Source: Bacteroidales bacterium
Lineage (GTDB): Bacteria > Bacteroidota > Bacteroidia > Bacteroidales > P3
NCBI GenBank assembly: GCA_017633985.1
Contig: JAGBOF010000033.1
Location: 3,774 to 67,773, forward strand
DNA length: 64,000 bases
Direction: 5' to 3'
Shown here: positions 54,108 to 62,419 of the stretch, one piece after another
Layout of the letters: each line of letters starts with the position of its first letter
Position numbering within the stretch: the stretch's first letter is position 1
The notes under the pieces: generated by a model
Seen by the model: only the letters and a program-made list of their open reading frames with translations
What the model was told of the DNA's origin: nothing
Database searches by the model: none
Made by a program: the position numbers and the translations under genes

Positions 54108-56738
54108 ATGGATGCTAATAATAATCAATATAATGTACCTGTTCAACAACAGGATCAAAAGGAAAATCAAATAAATCTGGCCGAACTTTGGTTTAAGATT
54201 TTAGACAAGTGGTACTATTTCGTTATAGCAGTCATTTTAGCATTGATTGTTGCGTTCTTGGTAAACAGGTACGCAACTCCTAAATATGAAGCTACCACAT
54301 CATTGATGATTAAGCCGAATAACGATGTGCTTAATAACATTGATATGGGTACTATTATGCGCGGGAACAATGGTCAGGATTTTCAAAATGCCATAGGAAC
54401 CATTCAGTCATTCACGATGACAAAGCGTACTGTAAAAGCAATGGAATTGTATTGCGATTACTACGAGAAGATTAATTTCAGAAATGTGGATATTTATAAA
54501 GAGAATCCGTTTGAAGTGGTACTTGATCCTAATCAGGAGACACAGCCGACAGGTGTTATGATAAGAGTCGTTTTGGATTCTCCTACTTCGTGCCGCATTT
54601 CTTATTCTTCCAAGTTGGGCGTTCCTGTATACGATTATGTTGATGACGTATTATTAGAAGAAAAAGTAAGTGTTCCTGCACGTGATGACGTTAAGTTAGC
54701 TTACGGTCAATGGTATGATAAAGACGGTATGCGTTTTAAGATTAAACTTAAACAACCGTGGAACAAAAACCTTTCAAAAATAGATTATGCATTTTCAATT
54801 AATGACTTTGATGCTTTGGCAGAAGTGTTTAATTCTACAAAAATAGACCTTATTAATAAGGAAGCATCTATCGTTACTATAAAGTTCCGCCATCCTAATC
54901 AGAAAAAAGCAGTTGATTTTGTAAACATGCTTTGTAAGATTTACATTGATCAGACATTTGAAGAAAAGAATTATTTGAATGTTGCAACCATCAATTTCGT
55001 TAATTCGCAAATCAGTTCAATAGGCGATTCTCTTTCAAGGGCAGAAGCAAGAAAAGAATCGTTCCAACATTCAAGCAATACTCTTAATTTGACTAATGAC
55101 GGACAATATCTGTATAACAGAACCAATGATTTGCAGACTAAACGTGCCGAAGAATACACAAGACAACAGTATTATGTTTATTTAACTGAATATTTGGATA
55201 AATCCGATATAGACGAAGGTGTGGCATCTCCTGCGGCAATGGGAGTGACGGATCCTGTGTTGAATAACTTGATAACAAGTTTGTCTTCGGCAATTATAGA
55301 GCACAAAACGGCAGTTGAGAAAAGAACTGAAAAGAACCCGAAAACAAAAGAACTTCAAATAAAGATAGAAACTATACGTAAGCAAATTGCAGAGAGTTTG
55401 AAGAACTTGAAGAATGTATCTGATATTAATATGCGTGAATTGCAAAGACAGCAGAATGCATTACAGGTGCAGATAGACAAATTGCCTACAACGGAAAGAA
55501 ATATGATTAACATTGAACGTCAATTTAAGTTCAATGATCAAATATATACGTTCCTTTATCAGAAACGTTCGGAAGCTGAAATTGCAAAGAATGCTGCACT
55601 TCCTGACCATAAAGTGATTGATAAGGCCTTGACAGGAATAAAAGTTTCGCCGAAGAGTTCGTTAAATTATTTAATAGCATTCTTATTGGGATTGTTAATA
55701 CCTGGATTGTATGTATTTGTACGTTATATAACCAAAGATACGGTAGACAGTAAAGACGATTTGACAAAGATTTCGGATAATCCTGTATTGGGATACATTC
55801 CTGAATTCCCTAAAGAGTATAACAGAATGATAGTTTTTGATAAGCCGCGTTCGCAAATAACGGAGGCTTACAGAACAATACGTACTAATATTAAGTATGT
55901 ATTCAATGATGTTAAGACCGACGGCGGTAATGTTATTTTGGTAACATCTTCCATGCCGGGAGAAGGAAAATCATTAACATCATTCAATATTTCTTCGGTA
56001 TTCTCAATAACGGGAAACAAGACTTTGTTAGTTGAATACGACTTGAGAAAACCGCGTTTGCACAAGATGTTAAATCTGAATAGTGCAGTGGGTGTCAGTA
56101 CTTACTATATCGGTCAGACGACGATAGACGAATCCGTTCAGCATTCTGAATTTGACAATCTGGATGTGCTTTGTGTCGGACCTGTTCCTCCTAATCCTTC
56201 GGAAATAGTGGATTCCCAAAAGAATAAGGATTTGATTAAGGAATTGAGAAAACGTTATGACTATGTTATATTGGATACTCCGCCTGTCAATTTGATTGCT
56301 GACGCACAAACTTTGGCAAAAGAAGCCGATATCTCATTGTTCGTTGTCCGTTTAGGTGTAACTTCTTCCGGTATATTAAACGTTGCACTTACCGAGATGG
56401 AGCAAAGAAGCGGTGTTAAGGTTAAATTTATCCTTAACGGAATAAAAACCGTTATGCAGAAGTACGGATACGGTAAGGGTTACGGTTACGGAAGCTACGG
56501 CTATGGTTATGGCTATGGTGGCTACGGCAAGAGCTACGGTTACGGCGGTTATGGCAAAGGCGGAAGTTACGGTTACGGTTATGGCTACGGCGATTATTTG
56601 AAAGAATATTCTTACGGATACTTCGAAGATGAGACCTCAGATTTAAAACGTAAGAAGAAATCGTCTTCGGAGGGCTCTTCGCATTCTTCGGATAAGGAGA
56701 AAAAAGGCGGATTGTTCAGAAGAAATAAATCTAAATAA
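54108..56738 (+). CDS. wzc: Polysaccharide co-polymerase / BY-type tyrosine autokinase (Wzc-like) with an expanded GYG tail
   Basis: It has an N-terminal Wzz domain with TM helices and a coiled-coil periplasmic region. The C-terminal kinase carries Walker A SSMPGEGKS, A' VEYDLRKP and B YVILDTPP. A Tyr-rich GYG tail follows, then a basic/Ser-rich end. Confidence 0.85.
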   Translation: MDANNNQYNVPVQQQDQKENQINLAELWFKILDKWYYFVIAVILALIVAFLVNRYATPKYEATTSLMIKPNNDVLNNIDMGTIMRGNNGQDFQNAIGTIQSFTMTKRTVKAMELYCDYYEKINFRNVDIYKENPFEVVLDPNQETQPTGVMIRVVLDSPTSCRISYSSKLGVPVYDYVDDVLLEEKVSVPARDDVKLAYGQWYDKDGMRFKIKLKQPWNKNLSKIDYAFSINDFDALAEVFNSTKIDLINKEASIVTIKFRHPNQKKAVDFVNMLCKIYIDQTFEEKNYLNVATINFVNSQISSIGDSLSRAEARKESFQHSSNTLNLTNDGQYLYNRTNDLQTKRAEEYTRQQYYVYLTEYLDKSDIDEGVASPAAMGVTDPVLNNLITSLSSAIIEHKTAVEKRTEKNPKTKELQIKIETIRKQIAESLKNLKNVSDINMRELQRQQNALQVQIDKLPTTERNMINIERQFKFNDQIYTFLYQKRSEAEIAKNAALPDHKVIDKALTGIKVSPKSSLNYLIAFLLGLLIPGLYVFVRYITKDTVDSKDDLTKISDNPVLGYIPEFPKEYNRMIVFDKPRSQITEAYRTIRTNIKYVFNDVKTDGGNVILVTSSMPGEGKSLTSFNISSVFSITGNKTLLVEYDLRKPRLHKMLNLNSAVGVSTYYIGQTTIDESVQHSEFDNLDVLCVGPVPPNPSEIVDSQKNKDLIKELRKRYDYVILDTPPVNLIADAQTLAKEADISLFVVRLGVTSSGILNVALTEMEQRSGVKVKFILNGIKTVMQKYGYGKGYGYGSYGYGYGYGGYGKSYGYGGYGKGGSYGYGYGYGDYLKEYSYGYFEDETSDLKRKKKSSSEGSSHSSDKEKKGGLFRRNKSK
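56461..56630 (+). repeat. In-frame (G-Y-G)n microsatellite-like tract encoding the Tyr cluster of Wzc
   Basis: TACGG(T/C)-type hexanucleotide periodicity. The peptide reads KYGYGKGYGYGSYGYGYGYGGYGKSYGYGGYGKGGSYGYGYGYGDYLKEYSYGYF. Confidence 0.85.
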
Positions 56739-56751
56739 AAGCGGATAACCG

Positions 56752-57774
56752 TTGAAAGCAAAAGGAAAGAGGCATTATAATATTCCTGTATTTATACCGC
56801 AGAAAGCCTGTCCCCATCAGTGCATATACTGCAACCAAAGGTATATAAGCGGACAAAATAATGCACCTTCACTGCAAGAAGTAAAACAAACAATAGAATT
56901 ATATTTATCAACTGCTGAAAAAGGCTCACTTATACAAGTGGCTTTTTTCGGCGGTACTTTTACAGGGCTTGATATTGACAGCCAAATCGGTTATCTCCAA
57001 GCCGTAAAACCGTATATAGAGGCAGGCAAAATACAATCCGTGCGTCTGTCTACACGTCCCGATTACATCAATACCCAAATCCTTGATTTGTTAAAGCAAT
57101 ATAATGTAACGGATATCGAATTGGGAGCCCAAAGTCTTGATGACAGAGTTTTACAAGTATCAGAACGCGGACACACGCGTGAGGATATTATAAAGGCATC
57201 TAATATGATTAAATCCTACGGGTTCAATCTCGGTTTGCAAATGATGATTGGCTTACCCGAAGATACATTGGACAAAAGTATTGCAACAGCCCGTACGATA
57301 GTGTCCCTCGGAGCTTCGTCCACACGTATATATCCTACATTGGTTATAGGCCGTACGCCATTGGAAAGACTTTACCGCCAAGGGATATATGAACCTCTGA
57401 CAATAGACGATGCAGTTATTTGGTCAAAGGAGATTTATAAAATATTTACTGCGGCTGATATTACTGTCTTACGCGTAGGCCTTCACCCGTCGGAGAGTCT
57501 TATCAGCGGCGGAGGTTATATTGCGGGGCCGTTTCATGTATCTTTTTTCGAGTTGGTGCTGACGGCTTTGTGGAAAGAAAGGTTTGAGGATTTTTTACGC
57601 AGCCGTGATTTGGCAATACGTGATATAAAGACAATAACCGTTAATCCTAAAGATGTAAATTATGCCGTCGGTTATAATTCTTCTAATTTACGGTGGTTAA
57701 AGCAAGCAAATCCTAACATAAAGATCATACAAAATTCATCTGTTGCACCCGATAATTTTATTATTTGGCAGTAA
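56752..57774 (+). CDS. ELP3-like radical SAM protein (COG1243-type, no GNAT domain)
   Basis: It has the N-terminal IPVFIPQKACPHQCIYCNQ (CxxxCxxC) motif and an Elp3/TIM-barrel-like body. It needs a TTG start at 56752 because no nearby in-frame ATG exists. Confidence 0.7.
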   Translation: MKAKGKRHYNIPVFIPQKACPHQCIYCNQRYISGQNNAPSLQEVKQTIELYLSTAEKGSLIQVAFFGGTFTGLDIDSQIGYLQAVKPYIEAGKIQSVRLSTRPDYINTQILDLLKQYNVTDIELGAQSLDDRVLQVSERGHTREDIIKASNMIKSYGFNLGLQMMIGLPEDTLDKSIATARTIVSLGASSTRIYPTLVIGRTPLERLYRQGIYEPLTIDDAVIWSKEIYKIFTAADITVLRVGLHPSESLISGGGYIAGPFHVSFFELVLTALWKERFEDFLRSRDLAIRDIKTITVNPKDVNYAVGYNSSNLRWLKQANPNIKIIQNSSVAPDNFIIWQ

Positions 57775-57794
57775 TTTTTCCGTGCATGAATTTT

Positions 57795-57877
57795 GCGTCA
57801 AAATAATCAGGCGTTTCAGTAAAATAAAACGCCTGATTAATTTTTTAAAACGCCGTTTTAATATTTTTTTACGGCTT
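57795..57877. repeat. 21-nt phased array containing a 12-bp hairpin
   Basis: Cores GCGTC, CAGGCG, ACGCCTG, ACGCCG and ACGGC; the last four are spaced about 21 nt apart (the first gap is about 13.5 nt). AATCAGGCGTTT pairs with AAACGCCTGATT as a stem (about 57803-57840). Confidence 0.75.
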
Positions 57878-58013
57878 GTTTTTTCAATGGTATTATATAT
57901 TGCTGTTTTCTATTGAGTTAAGAAGGCTCCTTTCAGCCGTTATTTTTGAAAAGAAAGGCAAAAAAATCAGTATGTTTTTGATAGTAGAAATCCGATATTA
58001 CGCAATTTAATCG

Positions 58014-58021
58014 TATCTTTG
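58014..58021 (+). promoter_or_regulatory. -7 box TATCTTTG (TPR protein gene)
   Basis: TAnnTTTG match about 55 nt upstream of the ATG at 58075. Confidence 0.55.
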
Positions 58022-58074
58022 CAATTTAATAAAATAAGGTGCTTGTTGCAAGTTATAAATTGAGGAAAAACGGC

Positions 58075-59910
58075 ATGGATAAGATAAAAATAAAGAATAT
58101 TTTGTTGTTAATGTTTTTTGTGCTGACCTTTGGCTATGTTTATCCGCAAAACCCGAAGGACAATCAGTTGCAAACGGATTATGAATTGGCTAAACAGTAC
58201 ATGCAACAGGAACAGTTTAGTGAGGCGGCGGCACTTTTGGAGGGTATCATAGACAAACAGTTCAGAGATGAATATTACAGATTGCTTATTTCGGCATATA
58301 ACGAACTTAAAGACGCCAAAAAGCAGGAGAAGTTGATAAAAAAGGCAGTCAAAAAGAATGCAGATAATTACCGTTACGCAATAGATTTGGGTAATTTTTA
58401 TATTAATAATAATGATAAAGCGAAAGGGGAGAAGCAGTACGAAAGTGTTTTGAAGAAATTGACTGCTGACAATTCCAAGATAGTGCAAACGGCAAATTAT
58501 TTCACTTCTTTACGCAATTATGAATGGGCTGCCAAAACTTATATACGCGGCAGGGAACTTCTTAAGGATGATACCAAGTATACTTACGAGATTACGTACA
58601 TTTACCAGCTACTCGGAGACAACGAAGGCATAGCCCGTGAGTATCTGATTTTGCTGGATAAGAATCCTTTGGCACTTAATCAGATTGAAGTCAATATAAA
58701 CAATCTTTTTAACAGAGATAAGGACGCCAAACTGTACGAAACCATAAGCCAAACGGTGCTTGAGAGGGTTAAAAAGCAACCTGACAACGTGCAGTATTCG
58801 CTTTTGTATTATTGGTTGTTGATGCAAAAGAAAGATTATCCGTCGGCATTCATTCAGGCAAAGGCAATAAATAAACGTTTTAAACAACAAAATTTCGAAA
58901 CCCTTATTGATTTTGCCCGCAATACGCAAAATGCGGGTCAATACAAATACAGTTTGGAGGCTTACGACTATATATTGAAGCAAAAACCCGAAGAAGAACT
59001 GGCTTTTTCTGTCTCCCAGGATCGATTGACTTGTTTGTACAATCAGTTTATACAGAAGATTCATCCTACGGATAAGGAAATAAATGCTTTGGATAAGGAG
59101 TATGAGCAGGTTTTCGCATTGCAGGGATATACAGCTAAGACGGCGGCAATAATGCAGCAGTATGCAGATATTTTGGCATACCGTCTTCAGAAACCGCAGC
59201 AGGCTGTTGATTTGTTAGACAGTATAATTAATATGAAGCAGGTGGATAACCGCATGAAAGCACAGTGCAAATTAACAAGAGCGGATATATATTTGATAAA
59301 CGGAGATATCTGGGAGGCTTCGCTTACTTATTCACAGGTGGATAAAGATTTTAAGAACGAGGTTATAGGTTTCGAGGCAAAATTCCGCAATGCCATGTTG
59401 TCTTATTATACAGGTGATTTTGATTGGGCATTGTCGCAGTTTGACGCTTTGCGCTCTTCAACGACCAAACTGATAGCCAACGATGCCATGGAGTATTCAT
59501 TGCTTATTAAAGAAAATATGGATGATGACAGCACATACAAAGGATTGGCTTGGTTCTCCAAAGCGGATTTTTGTTTGTATCAGAATAAAGTGCAAGAGGC
59601 GAAGACTTATCTGGATTCTATTGATAACTGGTATGTAACGCATCCGCTGTTTGACGAGATACTATACAAACGGGCGGAGATTGCAATAAAGGAAGAACAA
59701 TTCAAGCAGGCTGAACAATATTTGGAAGATATAATAATGAAATATCCTTATGATTTGACGGCTGACGATGCTATAATGTTATTGGCAGGCTTGAGTGAAG
59801 AACAGTTTAAGGATAAGGATAAAGCCAAACAATATTATGAAAAAATAATATTGGATTATCCGTCTTCATTGTATATTCAGCAGGCACGTAAACGGTATAA
59901 TGAATTATGA
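58075..59910 (+). CDS. Tetratricopeptide-repeat (TPR) protein, secreted
   Basis: The signal-like N-terminus is MDKIKIKNILLLMFFVLTFGYVYPQ, followed by helical TPR-like repeats throughout. An alternative GTG start lies at 58039. Confidence 0.7.
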   Translation: MDKIKIKNILLLMFFVLTFGYVYPQNPKDNQLQTDYELAKQYMQQEQFSEAAALLEGIIDKQFRDEYYRLLISAYNELKDAKKQEKLIKKAVKKNADNYRYAIDLGNFYINNNDKAKGEKQYESVLKKLTADNSKIVQTANYFTSLRNYEWAAKTYIRGRELLKDDTKYTYEITYIYQLLGDNEGIAREYLILLDKNPLALNQIEVNINNLFNRDKDAKLYETISQTVLERVKKQPDNVQYSLLYYWLLMQKKDYPSAFIQAKAINKRFKQQNFETLIDFARNTQNAGQYKYSLEAYDYILKQKPEEELAFSVSQDRLTCLYNQFIQKIHPTDKEINALDKEYEQVFALQGYTAKTAAIMQQYADILAYRLQKPQQAVDLLDSIINMKQVDNRMKAQCKLTRADIYLINGDIWEASLTYSQVDKDFKNEVIGFEAKFRNAMLSYYTGDFDWALSQFDALRSSTTKLIANDAMEYSLLIKENMDDDSTYKGLAWFSKADFCLYQNKVQEAKTYLDSIDNWYVTHPLFDEILYKRAEIAIKEEQFKQAEQYLEDIIMKYPYDLTADDAIMLLAGLSEEQFKDKDKAKQYYEKIILDYPSSLYIQQARKRYNEL

Positions 59911-59972
59911 AAAGTATATCGGTATTTGAAAAATCTATAACACAAAAAAACCTTATAAACAAATCTTAATAT

Positions 59973-61121
59973 ATGGAAGATAACAAGAAAAGAATTGCAA
60001 TATTAGGTTCTACCGGTTCGATAGGGACACAAACTTTGGATATAATACGGATGCACAAAGATTTGTTTGAGGCTGAAATTTTGACGGCGGGCACAAACGC
60101 CGATTTGTTAATAGCGCAGGCCAAAGAGTTTCTTCCTAATGCCGTGGTTATTGCAGATAAGACGAAATTCTTATATGTAAAGGAAGCATTGTTTGATGAC
60201 GGTATAAAGGTGTTTGCGGGCAGTGAAGCAATAGAGGAAGTGGTTACGTTCTCAAGCGTTGATATTGTCCTTACGGCATTGGTTGGTTTTGCAGGATTAT
60301 TGCCTACGGTTGCGGCAATCAAGGCAAAGAAGCCTATAGCATTGGCAAACAAAGAAACGATGGTCGTTGCGGGGGAATTGATAACCCGTCTTGCTGCGGA
60401 AAACAATGTGCCCATTCTGCCTGTAGACAGCGAACATTCGGCAATATTCCAATGTATTCAGGGGGAATGGCAGAACAAAATAAAGAATATACTTCTTACG
60501 GCTTCGGGCGGGGCATTCAGAGGAAAAAAGAAAGAGGAACTTAAGAGTATTTCTGTTAAGGATGCGCTGCAAAATCCTAATTGGACAATGGGTGCAAAGG
60601 TTACCGTGGATTCGGCAACGCTTATGAATAAGGGATTGGAGGTTATTGAAGCCAAATGGTTGTTCGGAGTGGATGCAAAACAGATTACGGCGGTTGTTCA
60701 TCCTCAAAGTATAATACATTCGATGGTTGAGTTTGAAGACGGAAGTATTAAGGCACAGTTGTCACGTCCAGATATGCGCTTACCTATAATGTATGCTTTG
60801 TCTTACCCGTCGCGGCTTTTGACACCGCAGCTTGCAATGAATATATTTGATATAACGTCCCTGACATTTGAAAAACCCGATACACAAACTTTTCCTTGTC
60901 TGACTTTTGCTTACAAAGCGATAGAGAAAGGGGGAAACATGCCGTGTATAATGAATGCGGCTAACGAAGCGGCAGTAAACAAATTTCTTAAACAGGAGAT
61001 TTCTTTTCTTCAGATTCCTGAAATAATACATAATGCAATGGAAACATTTCCTTTTGTTAAGGATTGTTCATTCGATGATTATATCCGAACGGATAAGGAA
61101 GTAAAACAGATGCTTAAATAA
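59973..61121 (+). CDS. dxr: 1-deoxy-D-xylulose-5-phosphate reductoisomerase
   Basis: 382 aa with the N-terminal ILGSTGSIG NADPH motif plus LANKE, DSEHSA and NAANE motifs. Confidence 0.95.
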   Translation: MEDNKKRIAILGSTGSIGTQTLDIIRMHKDLFEAEILTAGTNADLLIAQAKEFLPNAVVIADKTKFLYVKEALFDDGIKVFAGSEAIEEVVTFSSVDIVLTALVGFAGLLPTVAAIKAKKPIALANKETMVVAGELITRLAAENNVPILPVDSEHSAIFQCIQGEWQNKIKNILLTASGGAFRGKKKEELKSISVKDALQNPNWTMGAKVTVDSATLMNKGLEVIEAKWLFGVDAKQITAVVHPQSIIHSMVEFEDGSIKAQLSRPDMRLPIMYALSYPSRLLTPQLAMNIFDITSLTFEKPDTQTFPCLTFAYKAIEKGGNMPCIMNAANEAAVNKFLKQEISFLQIPEIIHNAMETFPFVKDCSFDDYIRTDKEVKQMLK

Positions 61122-61151
61122 TTGGTAAAATAATATTGACAACTCAAAGAA

Positions 61152-61823
61152 ATGAATCAAGAGATAAAAGATATTGCCGTATTGTTTGACTTGGACGGTG
61201 TTGTGTTTGATACGGAGCATTTTTATTCGGAGTTTTGGAGTGAGGAGGGCAGGAAATACCGACCTGATGTGGAACATTTGGAAATGAAAATAAAAGGTCA
61301 CGGACTAAATGATATATTTGCGGAGTTTTTCCCTGACAAGAATGTACAGCAATTAATACAACAGGACATAAAGCTGATGGAAAAGCGCATGACTTTTCCT
61401 TATATTGCGGGTGTGGAGAGTTTTATTGAGTCTGTACATGAACAAAATATTAAGATATGCCTTGTTACTTCGTCCAAGCAGGATAAGATGCAAAGAGTAT
61501 TTAATCAGCGTCCGGAGATTAAACGTTATTTTCCTTTGATGGTTACCGCTGATGATATCGAGCATTCCAAGCCTGCGCCTGATTGTTATTTGAAAGGAGC
61601 GGAACTTTGCGGCGTATTGCCGAAAGATTGTATTGTTTTCGAAGATTCTTTAGCCGGTATAGCATCTGCAACGAATGCGTCAATGAAAGTTATTGCTCTT
61701 TGTACGACATATCCTGTCAGTGAATTGGAAGGCAAAGCCGAGATGATAATTCCTGATTTCACGGCAATAAATACGGAAGACGTCTTACGGATACTGCATA
61801 ATGGAGATAACACCTCAAGATAA
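61152..61823 (+). CDS. HAD-superfamily hydrolase (beta-phosphoglucomutase-like, subfamily IA)
   Basis: It has the DLDGV motif I, TSS motif II, K...PAPD, and EDS..G motif IV. Confidence 0.85.
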   Translation: MNQEIKDIAVLFDLDGVVFDTEHFYSEFWSEEGRKYRPDVEHLEMKIKGHGLNDIFAEFFPDKNVQQLIQQDIKLMEKRMTFPYIAGVESFIESVHEQNIKICLVTSSKQDKMQRVFNQRPEIKRYFPLMVTADDIEHSKPAPDCYLKGAELCGVLPKDCIVFEDSLAGIASATNASMKVIALCTTYPVSELEGKAEMIIPDFTAINTEDVLRILHNGDNTSR

Positions 61824-61904
61824 GATAAAACAGGTATTGGATGATATTCATAAGCAAGGGTTTTCCAAAATTCCGCCTTTTGTATAGGAACGGTGGAACA
61901 GCGG

Positions 61905-62240
61905 ATGAAAACCTTTGCGCAAAACAACCATATCACATTGGCAAGTGATGAGATATACATGACTTCTCACGCTATTGCTCATTCCGTCAGAGATTCAAAA
62001 GTAAAAAAGGGAATTGCCGTAGATGATCAAGAGTTAATAGATTTTCCTGTCAGCAGACTGCAAATGCAAATGTATTATGACGGAGAAAATTTTATTTATA
62101 CTGATATGAAAAGCAAATTCATTATACACCCTAATTATAAATTCAAGATAAAAGGAGAACAAAGTAAGATTGTGAATTTTATCACTGCGACAAAGATAGA
62201 CGGAACGGAGTTTAAATTGCGGAAGTATATAAAATTATAA
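61905..62240 (+). CDS. Hypothetical small protein, possibly an orphan or truncated phage/ICE-type PBECR-like nuclease domain
   Basis: About 111 aa counted from the ATG at 61905 (the ORF track uses the GTG at 61893). The pattern HAIAHSVRDSKVKKG ... ELIDFP ... resembles C-terminal 'barnase-EndoU-ColicinE5/D-RelE-like' modules of polyvalent proteins. This is a recollection only. A 28-codon ORF (61801-61887) in another frame abuts it. Confidence 0.35.
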   Translation: MKTFAQNNHITLASDEIYMTSHAIAHSVRDSKVKKGIAVDDQELIDFPVSRLQMQMYYDGENFIYTDMKSKFIIHPNYKFKIKGEQSKIVNFITATKIDGTEFKLRKYIKL

Positions 62241-62334
62241 GAACAATATCAAGCGAAAGGGTCGAACTTCTCATCATAGTTTAGAAACCATGCCACCGTT
62301 CCGCACATCGTGGCTCTGCCTGATATTGTTCTTA
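62238..62334 (-). ncRNA. Candidate small structured RNA or decayed tRNA-like element closed by a 14-bp inverted repeat
   Basis: TAAGAACAATATCA (62238-62251) pairs with TGATATTGTTCTTA (62321-62334) and encloses 69 nt. On the minus strand a -7 box lies just upstream and the T-rich TAATTTTATAT follows. The interior has a GCCAC/GTGGC hairpin with a GG-containing loop and a TTCGACC T-loop-like motif. Confidence 0.3.
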
Positions 62335-62340
62335 CAAGTG

Positions 62341-62348
62341 CAAAATTA
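62341..62348 (-). promoter_or_regulatory. -7 box TAATTTTG facing the IR-closed element
   Basis: The reverse complement of caaaatta. The same GTGCAAAATTACAAAA context occurs at the small OMP promoter (14364-14379). Confidence 0.4.
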
Positions 62349-62419
62349 CAAAATTTTTTATTACCGCCAAACTTTTTTATTGTTTTCTTGTAATATCATT
62401 TGCTTCTGCAGCTTTGCTA

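Noticed and set aside
62238-62334. Hammerhead ribozyme, SRP (4.5S) RNA or canonical tRNA identity for the IR-closed element
   Set aside because: The UGAUGAG-like string is preceded by A and not C, and it lacks a matching CGAAA/stem arrangement. There is no SRP domain IV symmetric or asymmetric loop pattern around the GGAA. The cloverleaf drawing needs an 8-nt anticodon-like loop, a 5-bp D-like stem, wrong junction lengths and a 17-bp closing helix. It is therefore not a functional canonical tRNA as it stands.
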